Assembly: GCF_035594765.1 (NCBI RefSeq)
Contig: NC_085842.1
Span: 157,617,036 to 157,681,035, forward strand
Direction: 5' to 3'
Origin: Anolis carolinensis
Lineage: Eukaryota
Length of the DNA stretch: 64,000 bases
Part shown: positions 31,105 to 44,330 of the stretch, piece by piece
Layout of the letters: the number at the start of each line of letters is the position of its first letter
How positions within the stretch are numbered: the first letter of the stretch is position 1
Notes under the pieces: generated by a model
Told to the model about the DNA's origin: nothing
The model's database searches: none
The model's input: only the letters and a program-made list of their open reading frames with translations
Program-made: the position numbers and the translations under genes

Positions 31105-31204
31105 ATGAATAGGTGGATTTTGAGCACGGCTTGCCGCTCCATAATCCTCCTGCTGCTTTTGAGCGGTGCTTTTGCCCGGAGGAGTCAAGATCTCCGCTGT
31201 GGAG
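31105..31204 (+). CDS. CNPY2: CNPY2 coding exon 1 (exon starts ~31077)
   Basis: MNRWILSTACRSIILLLLLSGAFARRSQDLRCG; G|gtaaac. Confidence 0.92.
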
Positions 31205-34200
31205 GTAAACTAACCTATTTTCTCATTGATTTCATTCATAATGTGGAGTAGATAACATTTGAAAAATATGAATTCAAAAATAATGATATGCCAGCTCCTT
31301 TCAAACTTTTTTTCTTCTGTAAATTCTTTCCATACTGGCCCAGTCTACTGATTTTTCTGAGATTTTTCCTGAGTATAAAGTCTACATTAGATTGCAGGGA
31401 GAGACTGGTATGTTGGGAAAACTGTCTTTTGTGGAAGGTTATCCATAGTTACTGCTAAGTCTCATCTTGAGAAATCCTTGTAGTTCTCCTGAAGAACCTC
31501 AGAGCTACTGTACTTACACTACTGTATGGGCTCCCCAAATATGATTTAAAGGTCACTTCCCATATTGCCCTTTTTCTGGTTTTTAAAATAGAGAATGAAT
31601 TGCCTCTCATAGAAGACTTCAGAACTGTCAATCATCTTTTAAATATGGTAGGTTTTTGGGGGGAGGGGGAATTGCACTATTTAACATCAAAAGGTACTAA
31701 TATTTCAAAACAAGAAGCACACTTGTATTCTTGTTTTGTTCTTCTTTTGGAGCATTTTTGGAATTTGACAGTTCCAGAGGCTGCTCTGTTCTTTAACATG
31801 CAGGCACGAATTATGTTCTGTGTTCTGTCTCTCTCTCATTTCATTGTTGCCTGGAGCCAAAAAGTAAAGCAAGGGAATGCCTTATGATAAGGATACAGAG
31901 TTGGGAGCTGTGGGCTCCACCCACTCACCCGTGGTCTCTCATCTAACTCTTACCATAGGCTAGTGGTTCTCAACCTGTGTTTTGGCTTTCAACTTCCAGA
32001 AATCCTAACAGCTGGTAAACTGGCTAGGATTTCTGCTAGTTGTAGGCCAAAGCACTTGGGGATCCACAGGTTGAAAACCACTGTTATAGACCCTAATCCC
32101 AAGGATCTGTCACTTATCATACATTGCCTACTTTTTGCAGCAGAATTTTCTCACACTACATATACCTCAGCTGTATGCTGTGTGTGCATGCGTGTGAAGC
32201 CCTTTGCCTGTGTCTTGAATGTGTATATTAAGAGGAGGACTTTGCTACAGACATCATTCCTATTCAATAGAATGAAAAGAACCCCTTTATGGAATGCAAC
32301 TTGCCAGCCCTTTCAGGCATGGCTCAGTTCTGAATATAGCTCCAATACATGCCTGGAACCATGTTCTTTCCCCTTCCTAATTGTTCAGCTAACTCATTAC
32401 TTAAACAGTTAAGGATTAACTTATGGGGAGGCTGCTTAATGGTGGTTTCCAAGTGGCATAATTTTTCAGGAGGGGAGGTGGGAGACATGCATATTGGAGT
32501 ATTGTCCTTCATGGTTCAAGAAAGTAGCTGAGGGGATGGGGACTGACAAGCAGCTAAGCAGAATAAAACATAAAAGAGACAGTGGTAAAACCTCTGCTGA
32601 AAAGGTCCTCCCTGAAACCCACTATACAGTAAGACCTATGTCTCCTAATTGATTTTCTCCTCACTATCTACAGCTCTTGTCTCTCTAATGTAGGTTGTAA
32701 ATCCTCTGTTCACGCCTTGCTTAAGTAGTTTTCAGACATATGCACCTTTCCATGAGCTGCTCCCATATTTTGAGGAAAATGTTTGTTTAGTGGCCAAACT
32801 TGGGGACTATTCCTAACATTACTAGTAAACCTCAGAGCTAAAGTTTGTGTGATGGAAGGAAAAAAGGGCAGTTGGATTTATCCCCTATCCCTTGAACTAA
32901 TGAGAGGAGTTGAAAGGGTGAAGTGGAACCTGTTAAAGGTGACATTGAGTAGAATGAGAATATTTGGTGTATTTTTCCAGAAATTTTTATCGTCAGGCTG
33001 GTTAGGAGATGAAGATAATGTGGTTCAATTTTGTGGTAATGTGGGAAGATAGTGAATGTTCTTTTTTTAAAGGTCTATAAGCAATTTACCTTGAATGTGT
33101 TTTTTTATTATTTTCTCTTTCTGCTTTAAGCATGCCGGGCCCTGGTGGATGAGCTGGAGTGGGAAATTTCTCAAGTAGACCCCAAGAAAACCATCCAGAT
33201 AGGTTCCTTTCGCATCAATCCAGATGGAAGTCAGTCCATTGTAGAGGTAACACTTCTCATACTTTCATTATAGTAGTTGAATTTTCAAGGGTTTTGCTGC
33301 AATTCTCAAAATAGGAAGTCAGAGACATGGGCCCTATTTCCCCCATTTGGATTCCTTCTCTAAATCTATATTTAATGTGGCAAGAATGTGCTCCTACTCA
33401 GAAGGAGATAGGATAATCCCCAGCATTTTATATTTAATGTTGTCACAGTAAATAGAAATATTTTTCCTGTAATACCAACACTGCTGAAAATTCTGATTCA
33501 GAGTTCAATAACAGAATCCATAAAATTGCAGCGTAGATGTGAAAATATGTCAAAACTGTTCAGCATTATCTCCCAGGATATTTTTTCCAGGATATTCTAT
33601 ATGCTCCTTGGTTTTAACTGAATTTTAAAACTGACTGATGCTTTTCTGTTGAAAGAATTTAAAAATATATTTTATGATAGATGGTTTAGGAGCCTTAGTG
33701 TGCAAAACAGTAATTAGTAATGAATGATTTAATAAAGAAACCAAACAATTAGGTGAACATTTAGCAGCTCCATGTTCACTGCAAACAAGCAAAGCTGCAA
33801 AAATGATAGAAACTAAAGTATGCTCCTGCCCCTAAAAGCTATCTATAAATAGGCTTTTGCATACCTTTTTAGTGCAAACATACAGTTGTATTCGGATGTT
33901 GCTTTACAAGATCCTGATAAACTTTAATTGACTGTGAGTAGTAGACAGGTTTTTTTCCCAATCCTCCTAAGCACCTGTCAGACAGGTGTTCCTCAAATGT
34001 CAGAGCTCTGTTTGTAGCAGTACTTTCATATCTGCCTCTGAGAAGGCTAATGGAAAAATAATTTTAGCTCTTTTTAATATTACATCTTGGAGAACTACTT
34101 ACAGAGATTTGGAGCTGATTTCAGAAGGCCCTGCCTTCTTCCTTCAGCAATTACAGGATGTCCTTGACAAGATCTTTGATCTTAAATAAGAATGTCCCTA

Positions 34201-37200
34201 CAGTGATTGAGATGCTCTCTGAGACCTACAGATCCCAAGGGAAGAAGTATTTGAAAGCCAACATTTACAGCATGAATGCTTGTACTAGCAGCATTGTGGA
34301 TGTAGTTGAAAATCTTCAAACGTTAGAGGCAAAGCTGAGAGCATAATGAAAGGGATCTTGGAGTCAGGATTTCTGGAGTTTTTATTCCTGACACTGTATT
34401 GTAAAAGTTTCAGCTGGGTTGCTAATGCATTTGTCTACAGCAGAGAAATTAGGCGTTTCATAAGCTCCTGTTGGCTCCTGTTTTATGTGTGATTATACTG
34501 TTTTTGTGTGATGATGTTCGTGTTGTCCAGTTTATCTAAATGATTGGCGACTCCTCAGTGGTAGGTTGTGTGAAACAGCCCTAAAGATCACTTGTTGAAC
34601 CTCCAGCAACTGGTAATAGAGTGGGAAAATGGCTGGATTTTTTCCCAGATAATGGAAGAGATGGTGTGCTTTTTCCTGTAGGTGCCCTATGCCAGGTCTG
34701 AAGCTCACTTGACAGAACTGTTGGAGCGTGTCTGTGAGAAGATGAATGACTATGGAGAGAAAGTAGACACTTCTACCAGCCGGAAAAACTATGTGAGAGT
34801 GATCTCTCATGACGGAACCAAGATGGATCTTTCTGAAACCAAAATTGATGGTGATGTGACATCCAGCCTGAAGTTTGCAGTGAGTAATACATGGAATGAA
34901 GTTGGGTTAGGGACTATCCTTGTAGATTTGGATTACTAGGGGAAAATGCTGGATCCTCCTGGCTGTGTGGTCTTCTTCCTGTGTTTGAATGTTTTACTTG
35001 GGAATGTACAGTCTGTGACCCATGACTGTTCTGGGTGCAGCTGAGGAAATGGTTACAGAAAACAGGATAAAAGGAGCCTATAAAGTAAGGATGAAAAATC
35101 TGTGGCCTTGCAGACATTTTTGGGATCTGTGTCCAGAATCAGTAGAAATTGTAATCCAATAAAATCCAACAAAATCAGCAGGCACAAAGTCTCTTTCATG
35201 GTTGCCGAAAGAGCAACCATGATGTATGTATGGGTTACATACAAAGACTGTCTAACTCTTCTGAAAATATAGGGATAGTTTTAAGGGTTATAAGATATCA
35301 AGGTAATCTCTCAGTGATTACAGCACATTTAAAACTCGAGGGAATCTTTTTAATTCAGAGATTGCATACAATGTATCTGTGACAATGCATATATTTGGTA
35401 ACCATAAAAGATGAATAAGATCCTACCCACGCTTTTCCTGTCCTGAACAATCTCTCTCTTTTTTTTTCCTGTCCTGAACAATCTCTCATATGCTGGGATT
35501 ATGCTTCTTTGTGCACCTTTTTGGTACAATAGTGTCTCACTTATCCAACATAAACGGGCCAGCAGAATGTTGGATAAGCGAATATGTTGGATAATAAGGA
35601 GGGATTAAGGAAAAGCCTATTAAACATCAAATTAGGTTATGATTTTACAAATTAAGCACCAAAACATCATGTTATACATCAAATTTGACAGAAAAAGTAG
35701 TTCAATACGCAGTAATGCTATGTAGTAATTACTGTATTTACGAATTTAGCACCAAAATATCACGATGTATTGAAAACATTGACTACAAAAATGCATTGGA
35801 TAATCCAGAACGTCGGATAAGTGAGACTCTACTGTATATATTTTTATGGTTGAAGCTCTGAGCTGGCCTAACATTGGTGGGTTGAAAAATAGGCTTGCTT
35901 AGTATACCCTTTGGATGGGGAGCAGGGATGTGGAAAACTGACTGGCCGATCTCCTTGGATCTCCTGTGCAGTGTGAGAGCATAGCTGAAGAGTATGAAGA
36001 TGAGCTCATAGAATTCTTCTCCCATGAGGCAGAAAATGTCAAGGACCGACTATGCAGCAAACGAACAGGTAAGCATGAGGTCATCCACTGAAAGAATAGG
36101 TTGTCCATCATTAAGAGTAGAAAGCATACACAGTAGCTTATAATACCATCTGTGTAGTTCAGAGGATAGGAAGTATGGCTGCACTGCTGAGTTGATTGGT
36201 CAGTTAGATTAAAAATGACTGATCAATTTTTAAAACTCACTCACTTGATTGGGCAGCCCATGCTTTTAAATACACACACACACTTGCAGTAATAACAACA
36301 CCAACAACAAAACCTTTGCTGTCATAACGTGTATGGAAAGAAATTCCCTTGATTCAGAGAGAAAATAATTATGTTCTAAAATAGCACCTTGTGCCTAGAA
36401 TAATGTGTCTTGTGTGCACAATCTTAAATGAAGTAAAGAACATTCTCTTTTGTAGAAGTGTTGTTTAATACATACGTTTCAAACTTGTCCGATCAATGGA
36501 CTAAGATTTTTTTCACCCAGGTGATGGTCCTAGACAAGCTTGAGTTCATATTTGAGTATGCACAAGTTAAATCTTATTTCAGTAGATCTGTACATTTCCC
36601 ACAAGAAATATCTGACCCAAGAACAATGAATAATATGTTCTGTTTGTTAGCAGACAGGAACAGTACATTGTTAGCCAAAAAGTCAAATCTGAGCCCTTGT
36701 ATGCCCTACAGCAGAATGGGCAACCTGTAAAATACCTCTACCTAATTTCTTGTTGCCCTCAGTCTTGTCTGAAATGCCCTCTGCAAGTGATCAGTTCACA
36801 TATCTGTGAGCAACCTGTTGCTCCTACAGCAGTCCTCTAGTTAGGGAGGGAAGGTGGTTGCAATGGATCAACAGCTGACAGTGGCAGAAACAAGAGAACC
36901 AGCTTCTCAATTTGGGGTTAATTCCTTACCCATCACTTGACTTTGAGCTCACCAGATCACATCATGCAGCTTCCAAAAGTTACCATGAGGGGCCTCTAGG
37001 TATTGTTGAACTGTAGTTGTCAGTCTTAGCCAGCATGGTTGCCTCATAATGGGAGCTGCATTCCAGCAAAATATGAAAAGCTGTGAGTTGCCCAATCCTC
37101 AATTACTTGAGGAGAATGCAGCTGTCAGGAGAAAAAAGGCTCTCAATTGCTGTCCTATATCTTTGTTTCTATGTCTCAGTTTAGACATTAACACCAAAAT

Positions 37201-39517
37201 TGTTTCTATTAACTATCATTTAGGATGCATACTGTGGTTTTGATTTGTAAAGTTAATGTGTTAATGTTAGAGCTGTGAGTTTAAGAGCAGGGAAACCAAG
37301 GTTTAAATCCTTGTTCAGGCTAATGTTGAGCCAGAAACTCTGGCAGCTTAAACTATATACAGAACAGTTGTGAGGATAAATATGAAGGAAGACATCTGAG
37401 GTCCTTGGAAGAAGGACAGTGAGATGTAAACATGACAAGACAAACAGACACACCTTGCTCTAGAACTTTTTTTGATTATGTTGTTCATCTTTTCAGTACT
37501 CAGCTTTGTTTATTCGCTGTAGTGTCCATACGGTGGCTGCCTCTGGTGGTAGAGCAAAGTCGGGGCATTAGGATTTTTCAGTTTCATCCTTGCTCCAAAT
37601 GCGATGAGCAGGATTGTGGTTTGTGAAGCCATTTCAGATTGTGGTTTACAATTTCAATTTGCCAGCCAATTTCAAACTATCATTGCAATAACAATAACAT
37701 TATCCAACAGAACAATTTGTTTTGGTTTTTTTGGCGTTTCAATGTTAAACCTGTTCAGAACATTGCATTGCATAGACCAATTTATAAAATTATTTCTTTG
37801 GTATGAAATAAGTAGATTTTCATGCAGTACACTTCTTTTAATTTTTAATATGTTTCCTTCATACTTAAAAAGACATTAATTTAAACACATTAAAATATCC
37901 TGATTATTTATAGGTGAGCAGAGTGAAGAGTAGTATATGGCATATCTTTTGTATCTCAAAAACTAAACTGATCGGAGAAAACTGGTGCCAGTTTTGGAAT
38001 TATCAGGTCAAATATACTCCGAAACAGATCTAAAATTTGAGCACCAAACTGTGTGTTGTAATTGATCTTTGACTGTTTGATGTGATATTTGCATAATTTA
38101 TTTTGGAATACCGTGGCCCTATGTAAACTTCCATATAATGCAGTTTTGTAATGCAGTATAAGTGTATTGAACTACATTATATAGTAGTATAGATGGACCT
38201 TTGACTTTTGAATTATTTGCTTGCCTGGCAGGAAATACACTTTCAGTAGCATAATTAAAATATTGCTCTTGTAAAACAGCTTCTTCTGTTTTGGGGCTTA
38301 GGCTAAGTTATACTTCTTTTATTGTCTCAAAGTGTCCAGGAAACCTAAATTATTTGCAGTTGGAAGAATGCTGAGATACTCTTTTCTTTTATAAGCCCCT
38401 TCAGATAATTTTGAGTCCCCTTTTCCTTTTCCCCCCCGCATCTCTGGATTTTCACTGCCTGTGAGTAGAGTGTCCAGCAGCCAGTTGACAGCATGTTGTT
38501 CAGGAAACTGGCTCTTCCTGTAACATTGAGCTATTTTTGGACAACAAACCTGACTGTGCTGGTTTCCACCTGACCTTTCCCCTCTAGTGTTTGAGGACTC
38601 AAGGCATGCTGTGGCAGTGCTGCCAAAGTACAGCACCTATTTCTGACACTCAGAATCGTATGTGGTGCTTTGTTTCACAATAGGCTTCCTGGAGTATCCA
38701 GCCAAGGAATTAACACACAAATCCTCCTGTTTTAGGTGAAAAGCTGACTTAACCGAGGAGGTCTAGACAAAGTCACTTCTTAATAGCCATTAATGCTGTT
38801 ATAGATCAACAAGATGAGGCTGGCAGCTGTTGTTGGCAGACATAAGTGGCCTTAATGATTGGCTCGCAGCCAAATCAATTGCATATTCACCTGATCTGGC
38901 CATACAAACTATTTGCCAAAGCTGTTGGGATTGCGTAGCTAGTCTCATGATGTTCATGGTATTTAGATAAGTTAACCCTGTACGATCCCATGATCTCAGA
39001 GCAATTGCTAAGTCATCGTTGGCTCAATTTCTATTCACAACAGAGAAGGGAGATTTTAAGCCTTATTTTTCCATCAAGTAAAAAATGGCTTGAACCAAAC
39101 AGCTTTGAAAAGAGGAGCCAGACTGAGAGAAGTGTTTCAACAAGGAACAATAGAATGAATATCGCAAAATGATCATGGGCTTCTCTTGCTATCTCTATTT
39201 GACTCACAATATCTTGTATTTGCTCCCTCGGGATTTCACAAACATATAGATGTGGCCTGCAAATTTTTTCATTCACAATATGACTGCAGGCAGGCATTAT
39301 GTGGATTAGCAGGTCATACATTTGGTAGGCATAGAATTATGCAACATCGTTATACTGCTAGTTCATGTTATTATGATATACTGTGATATTGAGTAAACCT
39401 GAATCAGCCTGCCTGTCTAGCTGGAAGTTCCAGTACTTGTACTAAGTTACTTGTTTTTGTGCTTCCTTTGTAGATCTTTGTGACCACGCCTTGCATCTCT
39501 CACACGATGAATTGTGA
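31105..39517 (+). CDS. CNPY2: Protein canopy homolog 2 (ER saposin-like protein, MSAP), spliced CDS, 184 aa
   Basis: Exons 31105-31204, 33131-33246, 34682-34879, 35972-36068 and 39474-39517 (555 nt, GT-AG). Signal peptide, then ARRSQDLRCGACRALVDELEWEI...VPYARSEAHLTELLE...CESIAEEYEDELIEFFS...DLCDHALHLSHDEL; C-terminal HDEL retention signal. Confidence 0.96.
31961..32083. mobile_element. hAT MITE, same family, internally deleted
   Basis: TIRs and core similarity. Confidence 0.8.
33131..33246 (+). CDS. CNPY2: CNPY2 coding exon 2
   Basis: taag|CA; CRALVDELEWEISQVDPKKTIQIGSFRINPDGSQSIVE; |gtaac. Confidence 0.95.
34682..34879 (+). CDS. CNPY2: CNPY2 coding exon 3
   Basis: gtag|; VPYARSEAHLTELLERVCEKMNDYGEK...SSLKFA; |gtgagt. 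Confidence 0.95.
35527..35834. mobile_element. Tigger-like MITE
   Basis: Near-identical to 28591-28899; TA TSD. Confidence 0.88.
35972..36068 (+). CDS. CNPY2: CNPY2 coding exon 4
   Basis: gcag|; CESIAEEYEDELIEFFSHEAENVKDRLCSKRT; G|gtaagc. Confidence 0.95.
39474..39517 (+). CDS. CNPY2: CNPY2 last coding exon
   Basis: gtag|AT; LCDHALHLSHDEL-TGA. Confidence 0.95.
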
Positions 39518-42219
39518 AATGCAGTGGCTTGATGAATGGGTTTATTAGTCCTTTGAAGACCACCTCCCTTTTTCCAGTTCCTCTAAGTCTGTTCCAGAAA
39601 CCTCATTTCCATTTTGGGATGTGCTCGCTACATTCAGTCTGGAAACCAACGAACTGACATGTAAAAGAATACACGAGCAAAGCTTCTTTGTAGACTTTCT
39701 TTAGGAAAACAAAAGATGCTGTGTCCCCATTTGACTTTTTGTAAAATCTCTCATGTGGAACAGAAGAAACTTCCATTTCAGGAGTGCGGTTCATTTTTTC
39801 TACTGCATTGACAATGATTCTGTGTTGCAAAGTTTTTTTAAAAAATGCTATTGTCATTCTGCAGATTAATTAATCTGTAGGTTGAGCCACATAATTCATG
39901 GATTCCCTCCAAAGTTCACTAAAACTTGAATCATTGAATCTTATGAGTTCTATTGTTATTCTGCTACTATTTTATCATGACACTAGGCAGATGATTCCAT
40001 TTCTCTATGTAATCTCTTGAAGAGCATAATTGAAGAAGGCCCCCCACTTATTCATTCCAAACAAGGAGCTACTGTAAGGAGGATCAGTCAATGGCATAAG
40101 AGTGAAAAGGTTGACCAGCCACGTGGAGGCCCAAGAAGCTGTTGCCAGTAACTGTTTCACGCTGTTGGTGTAATAGTAGGGTTACTTCTTGGATTTGTTG
40201 GATTTGTCTTGGATATGGGAAATTCATATGAACCAGATGAGCTAGGTCGCAAGCCAGTCTGAACAGAATGCCTGTAAAGAAGTGATTCCAAGTTCTCTTT
40301 GAACCAGTGGGCTGACCTTTGGGAAAGGCCAATATCCATCTTATAGAGTCCAAGAAGGTACTGGTTTGAAGCATTAAGCATTTGGAAAATTAGGGAAAGG
40401 TGGGTCATATTCTTCAAAGGGCTTTTTAAACATTTGATATCTTTTCTTCTTATCACCTATTTTCAGGATTTTGGATTAAAAGTCTGTCAGTGATGGCAAG
40501 AAAATAAATCATGCTGTGATTCAACTGGAGTTGTAAAAGATTATTAAGATAATAGATGGGATGCATTTTGGATACTGAAAATGCAATATATAAATGCAGC
40601 ATATTACCATGTAATGAGAGTGGTTTTCAAGTGCCTTGCAGAATTTTCTTACTGCTTTCTTCCATTATGCATGTTGTGGTATTTTCTGAATTTGATGTAT
40701 CTTTGAGTGTTGAAGGGCCTGACTGATCCAAAGCTGGGACCTCTGGGACTTAAAATGCTTGGAGACAGAAAAACAAATGTGGTTAAATTCCTTTTTCTCA
40801 CCTATTTATCATTAACTGACTGATATAGTATGCCTCTCTCTGCTTCCTCCACCTTAATTTTCCTTCTCCTAAACCTTGGATTACAACTCTTGCTACCTAA
40901 GCATGTTATGCCTTACTATTTTGCCCATGGGATAGTGTAACGTATCTGATTTCTAATTAATGTGGGCAGTGAAGGAAGATTAGAACAAATTATGATTGCA
41001 AATTACTTATTAATAAGTAACTTAAGCACAACATTTAATACATTTGTATAATTGCTGTGTTGCCTATTTGGAAGAGGAAACTATCCTCTTCCTAATAGGC
41101 TTGTTTCAGTAGTTGCTCCCTAACATTAATTGTAACAGTGTTCTCTTAAATGTTAGTCCCCAAAATGCTTCAGGACTGCTGATTTTGGAGGAAATAAGAA
41201 AGCTAGTGGAAAAAGCCGATCATGAATGGATGGAACGGCAGATTTGGTAGCAAGAGCATATTCCAAAAGTGACCTGTTGAAATACAACTGGCGGACATAA
41301 AAGAAAAATCCGAAAGGTGGAGGAGATCCTACATTGTGGGGATAATTCATTGCTATAGAAGACTAAATTGCCCTTAAAAAGTTTCCAAAACCTTTGGAAA
41401 CTTCCATTGGTTCAGAATGTACCAGTCAGAATACTATTTTGTGTTAAAATATTCTGCTCATGTGATCTCAGTATTGTTTCAGCAGCTCCTGCGCTACATG
41501 TCAACTCCCAAGCCCAATTTAAAGTGCTGGTCTCTATTTAAGGCTATAAATAGCCAAGGACCAGGATAACCTGAGGGCAGCTTCTTTCCATGTTCAGGGA
41601 TTTCACCTCTACTCTCAGAATCACACTGATATCCATTGAAGCTGCGGATAACATACCTTGGAAGAAAAATAAACTTTCAGGGCAAGATTGACTGCAACCG
41701 TCCAGATGTTTGAATTGCAACTCCATAATTCTTCACTTTTGGTTATGCTGGCTGGGGTGAAAACTGAATTAAACTATGTGGCAGTCATAGCTGCCATCTT
41801 GTTAGAGAAGTAAAATATTACTTTCAAAATAGTTATTTGTTTTCTCTTTAAGACAAGCTGAAATGGGATGACTACCCTCCCACCTCACTCCACCAAGTAC
41901 AGAAAGTTTACCAAAAAAATCCCTTCCATACAGAAAAAGTGTTTCCACAACTGTCCCAAAAGAGACAGGAGTGAATGAAAATGCCATTTGGACAAGGAAT
42001 GCTGCTACAATGACCTGCTTTTGGTTCATGCTGGGGACTCTGTACTCTTATCACACATTTGCTGCATGAGGGCCATCAGGACACTGACTAACAGCAGGAT
42101 ATGTGTTTGAGGCTTGGCAGCGAACGCAGCATGGGAAGGCAGCGGCCCAAATGGCAGTAGACAGAGTTCAGTGGTGTGACACTGTCTGCCCAGCTCATAG
42201 AATATCGTTCATTCTATAG

Positions 42220-42483
42220 TAATTCCCTCAGGCAGGAAGCAGCCAGGCTTTGAATTTACAAGGCCATTAAATGTTAATCGAGGTGATCAGTTGCAACATT
42301 CACACTTGCCTCAAACAGATGAGTTCTTTCTCCCAACCTGGACTTTCCAGATATATAAACTCCACTTGCCTAGTTTCCAACAGACCTCACAACTCTGAGG
42401 GTACCTGCCATAGATATGGGTGAAACATCAGGAGAGAATGCTTCTGGAACATGGTCACACAGTCCAGAAAACACAGCAACCCA
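42220..42483 (+). mobile_element. Penelope-like pLTR fragment, solo
   Basis: Family similarity. Confidence 0.8.
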
Positions 42484-43589
42484 ATAATTTTTGTGTTGTC
42501 ACTCTCTTACCACATTTTTAGTTCTGCTATACCGGGCTGGTCCGGGGTGGGGGGGTGGGGGTGGGGATCCAGCATAATGTCGATATTAACATAGTGCCCA
42601 GTGCTGTTCCAAGCTACTGCAGTGCTAATGGGCATGTTTTGTATTCCCTTTTATAAAGTAGACCTGTCTCAAGACTTATGCTGCTGTGAGGAAAGGAAAG
42701 AAAGAAGGTAATGTTCACTTGAAGCAAAGCAGAACAGAGGGGGGGGACATTGTCTTACTTCAAATTTGATCATGAGATTATATGCTTCAGGGCACCACAT
42801 ACCTACAGGGTTCAGGGCAGGTTGCATGTCACATACAGCTCTCTAGTGTTTTGTGTGAAATCGTTAGCCCAAACTACCTTAACTGGCAGGCAGGCTAAGA
42901 AAGTGGCACGGGGACCTGGCCTGGCGAAGGAGCAAGCAAGCAAGCAAGGGCCTTTGCCACCTCCTTCACTCGCCCGCCCACCGTCCCTTGCTCACTTACC
43001 CAGCTGGGTTCCGGCAGCACCGGGACCCGATGGGGTGAGTGAGAGCGAGAGGGGGAGGACATCTGCCTCGGATAATACGGAGTGTCGGATAAGCGGAACT
43101 CAGATAAGCGGGACTTTACTGTACTAGGCACATAGACGACTGGGCGACTTGGAAGGCGCTGAAAAGACTGCGCTCTGGCACCACGAGATGCAGAGCCAAC
43201 CTTAAGAAATGGGGCTACAAAGTGCAGTCCACAACATGCCAGTGTGGAGAAAAGCAAACCACAGATCACTTACTACAATGCAGTCTGAGCCCTGCCACAT
43301 GCACTATGCAGAACCTTCTTACAGCAACACCAGAGGCACTCTAAGTGACCAGCTACTGGTCAAAGGATAAGAAGTATAATAATGCCATTATTTTTTTACT
43401 TTGTCTTTCCAAATACAATACAACTGTGCCCTCGGTTCGCTTCTGACACTATAAATAAATAAATATACTAGGATGAAGAATTGCTATTAAAGAGAGAAAA
43501 AAATGCCTTTATCGGAATGTCACTCCCAGAATCCCCCAGGCAGCTATGGAATGCGAGCAACTCCCTGAGTGGAGAGCTCTCAGGCACCT

Positions 43590-44330
43590 AAATTAGACGC
43601 CTAACTCCCCCGTGAGACCACGCCCTTCCAGTTCCCGCCCGGCCACGCCCCTCGCCCCACCGCACCCAATGGCGTGACCCCTCTTCCGCCAGGGGAAGGG
43701 GCGGGACTATTCAGATGAACCCGAGCGGCTCGGTGAGTGATTGGGGCCTTCGAGCCGCGCTCCGCCTCGCGTTGCCGACGCTGCGAGGACTGTATCCGGC
43801 GCCGTCCGCTCTTTTCTCCCCCTCCCCCAGTCGCTGCTGCTCTTTTCAACCTTGGTCTTCGCAGCCTGCTTCCTTCCCCCTCTCCTTTCTCTTGAGGCGG
43901 CCGCTGGTCTCTCCCTTCCTCCGCCGCCGCGTCCGCGCCAGTCGCTGCTCGCCATGACCTTGTTGACTGCAAGCAGTAGGGCGGCCGCGCGCCTCTTGGG
44001 AGCCAAGGTGATGACGCCCCCCCTTTCCCCCATATTGGTCTTTCCCTGTCACCCCCTCGATTGCCTTTCTTAGAAGGGAATGGAACAGGCCGCTCTTAAA
44101 GGGGCCGCGCCCATTGGCGAGCTTGGGCTCAGATTCTCTTAAAGGGGTGGGCGTTTAGGGTAGGGTTCCCCTCAGGTTTTTAGGGAGCCTGATAGTGTTG
44201 TGTCTTGCGTAGGATTATGTCGCTTTGGGCACAGCTTCTCAGTTTGGCGGGGGGAGCTCTTTGCAGTGGATGGGTCGAGCCAGACGGGTACACGCGTATT
44301 GTACGTGTGAACATGGCCGTGTCCTTGGGT
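43590..44330 (+). promoter_or_regulatory. CpG island promoter of CS
   Basis: GC boxes and CCAAT/ATTGG boxes (~43666, 43740, 44113); surrounds exon 1. Confidence 0.85.
43954..44007 (+). CDS. CS: Citrate synthase, mitochondrial: first coding exon (start of transit peptide); no further exons found in the window
   Basis: gccATG in a CpG island; MTLLTASSRAAARLLGAK resembles human CS exon 1 (MALLTAAARLLGTK); phase-0 donor AAG|gtgatg; CNPY2 lies directly upstream of CS in the same orientation, as in human. Confidence 0.85.

Noticed and set aside
43715-43957. uORF whose TGA overlaps the CS ATG (ATGA)
   Set aside because: Its ATG lies among the promoter GC/CCAAT boxes, probably upstream of the TSS; unsupported without CAGE data.
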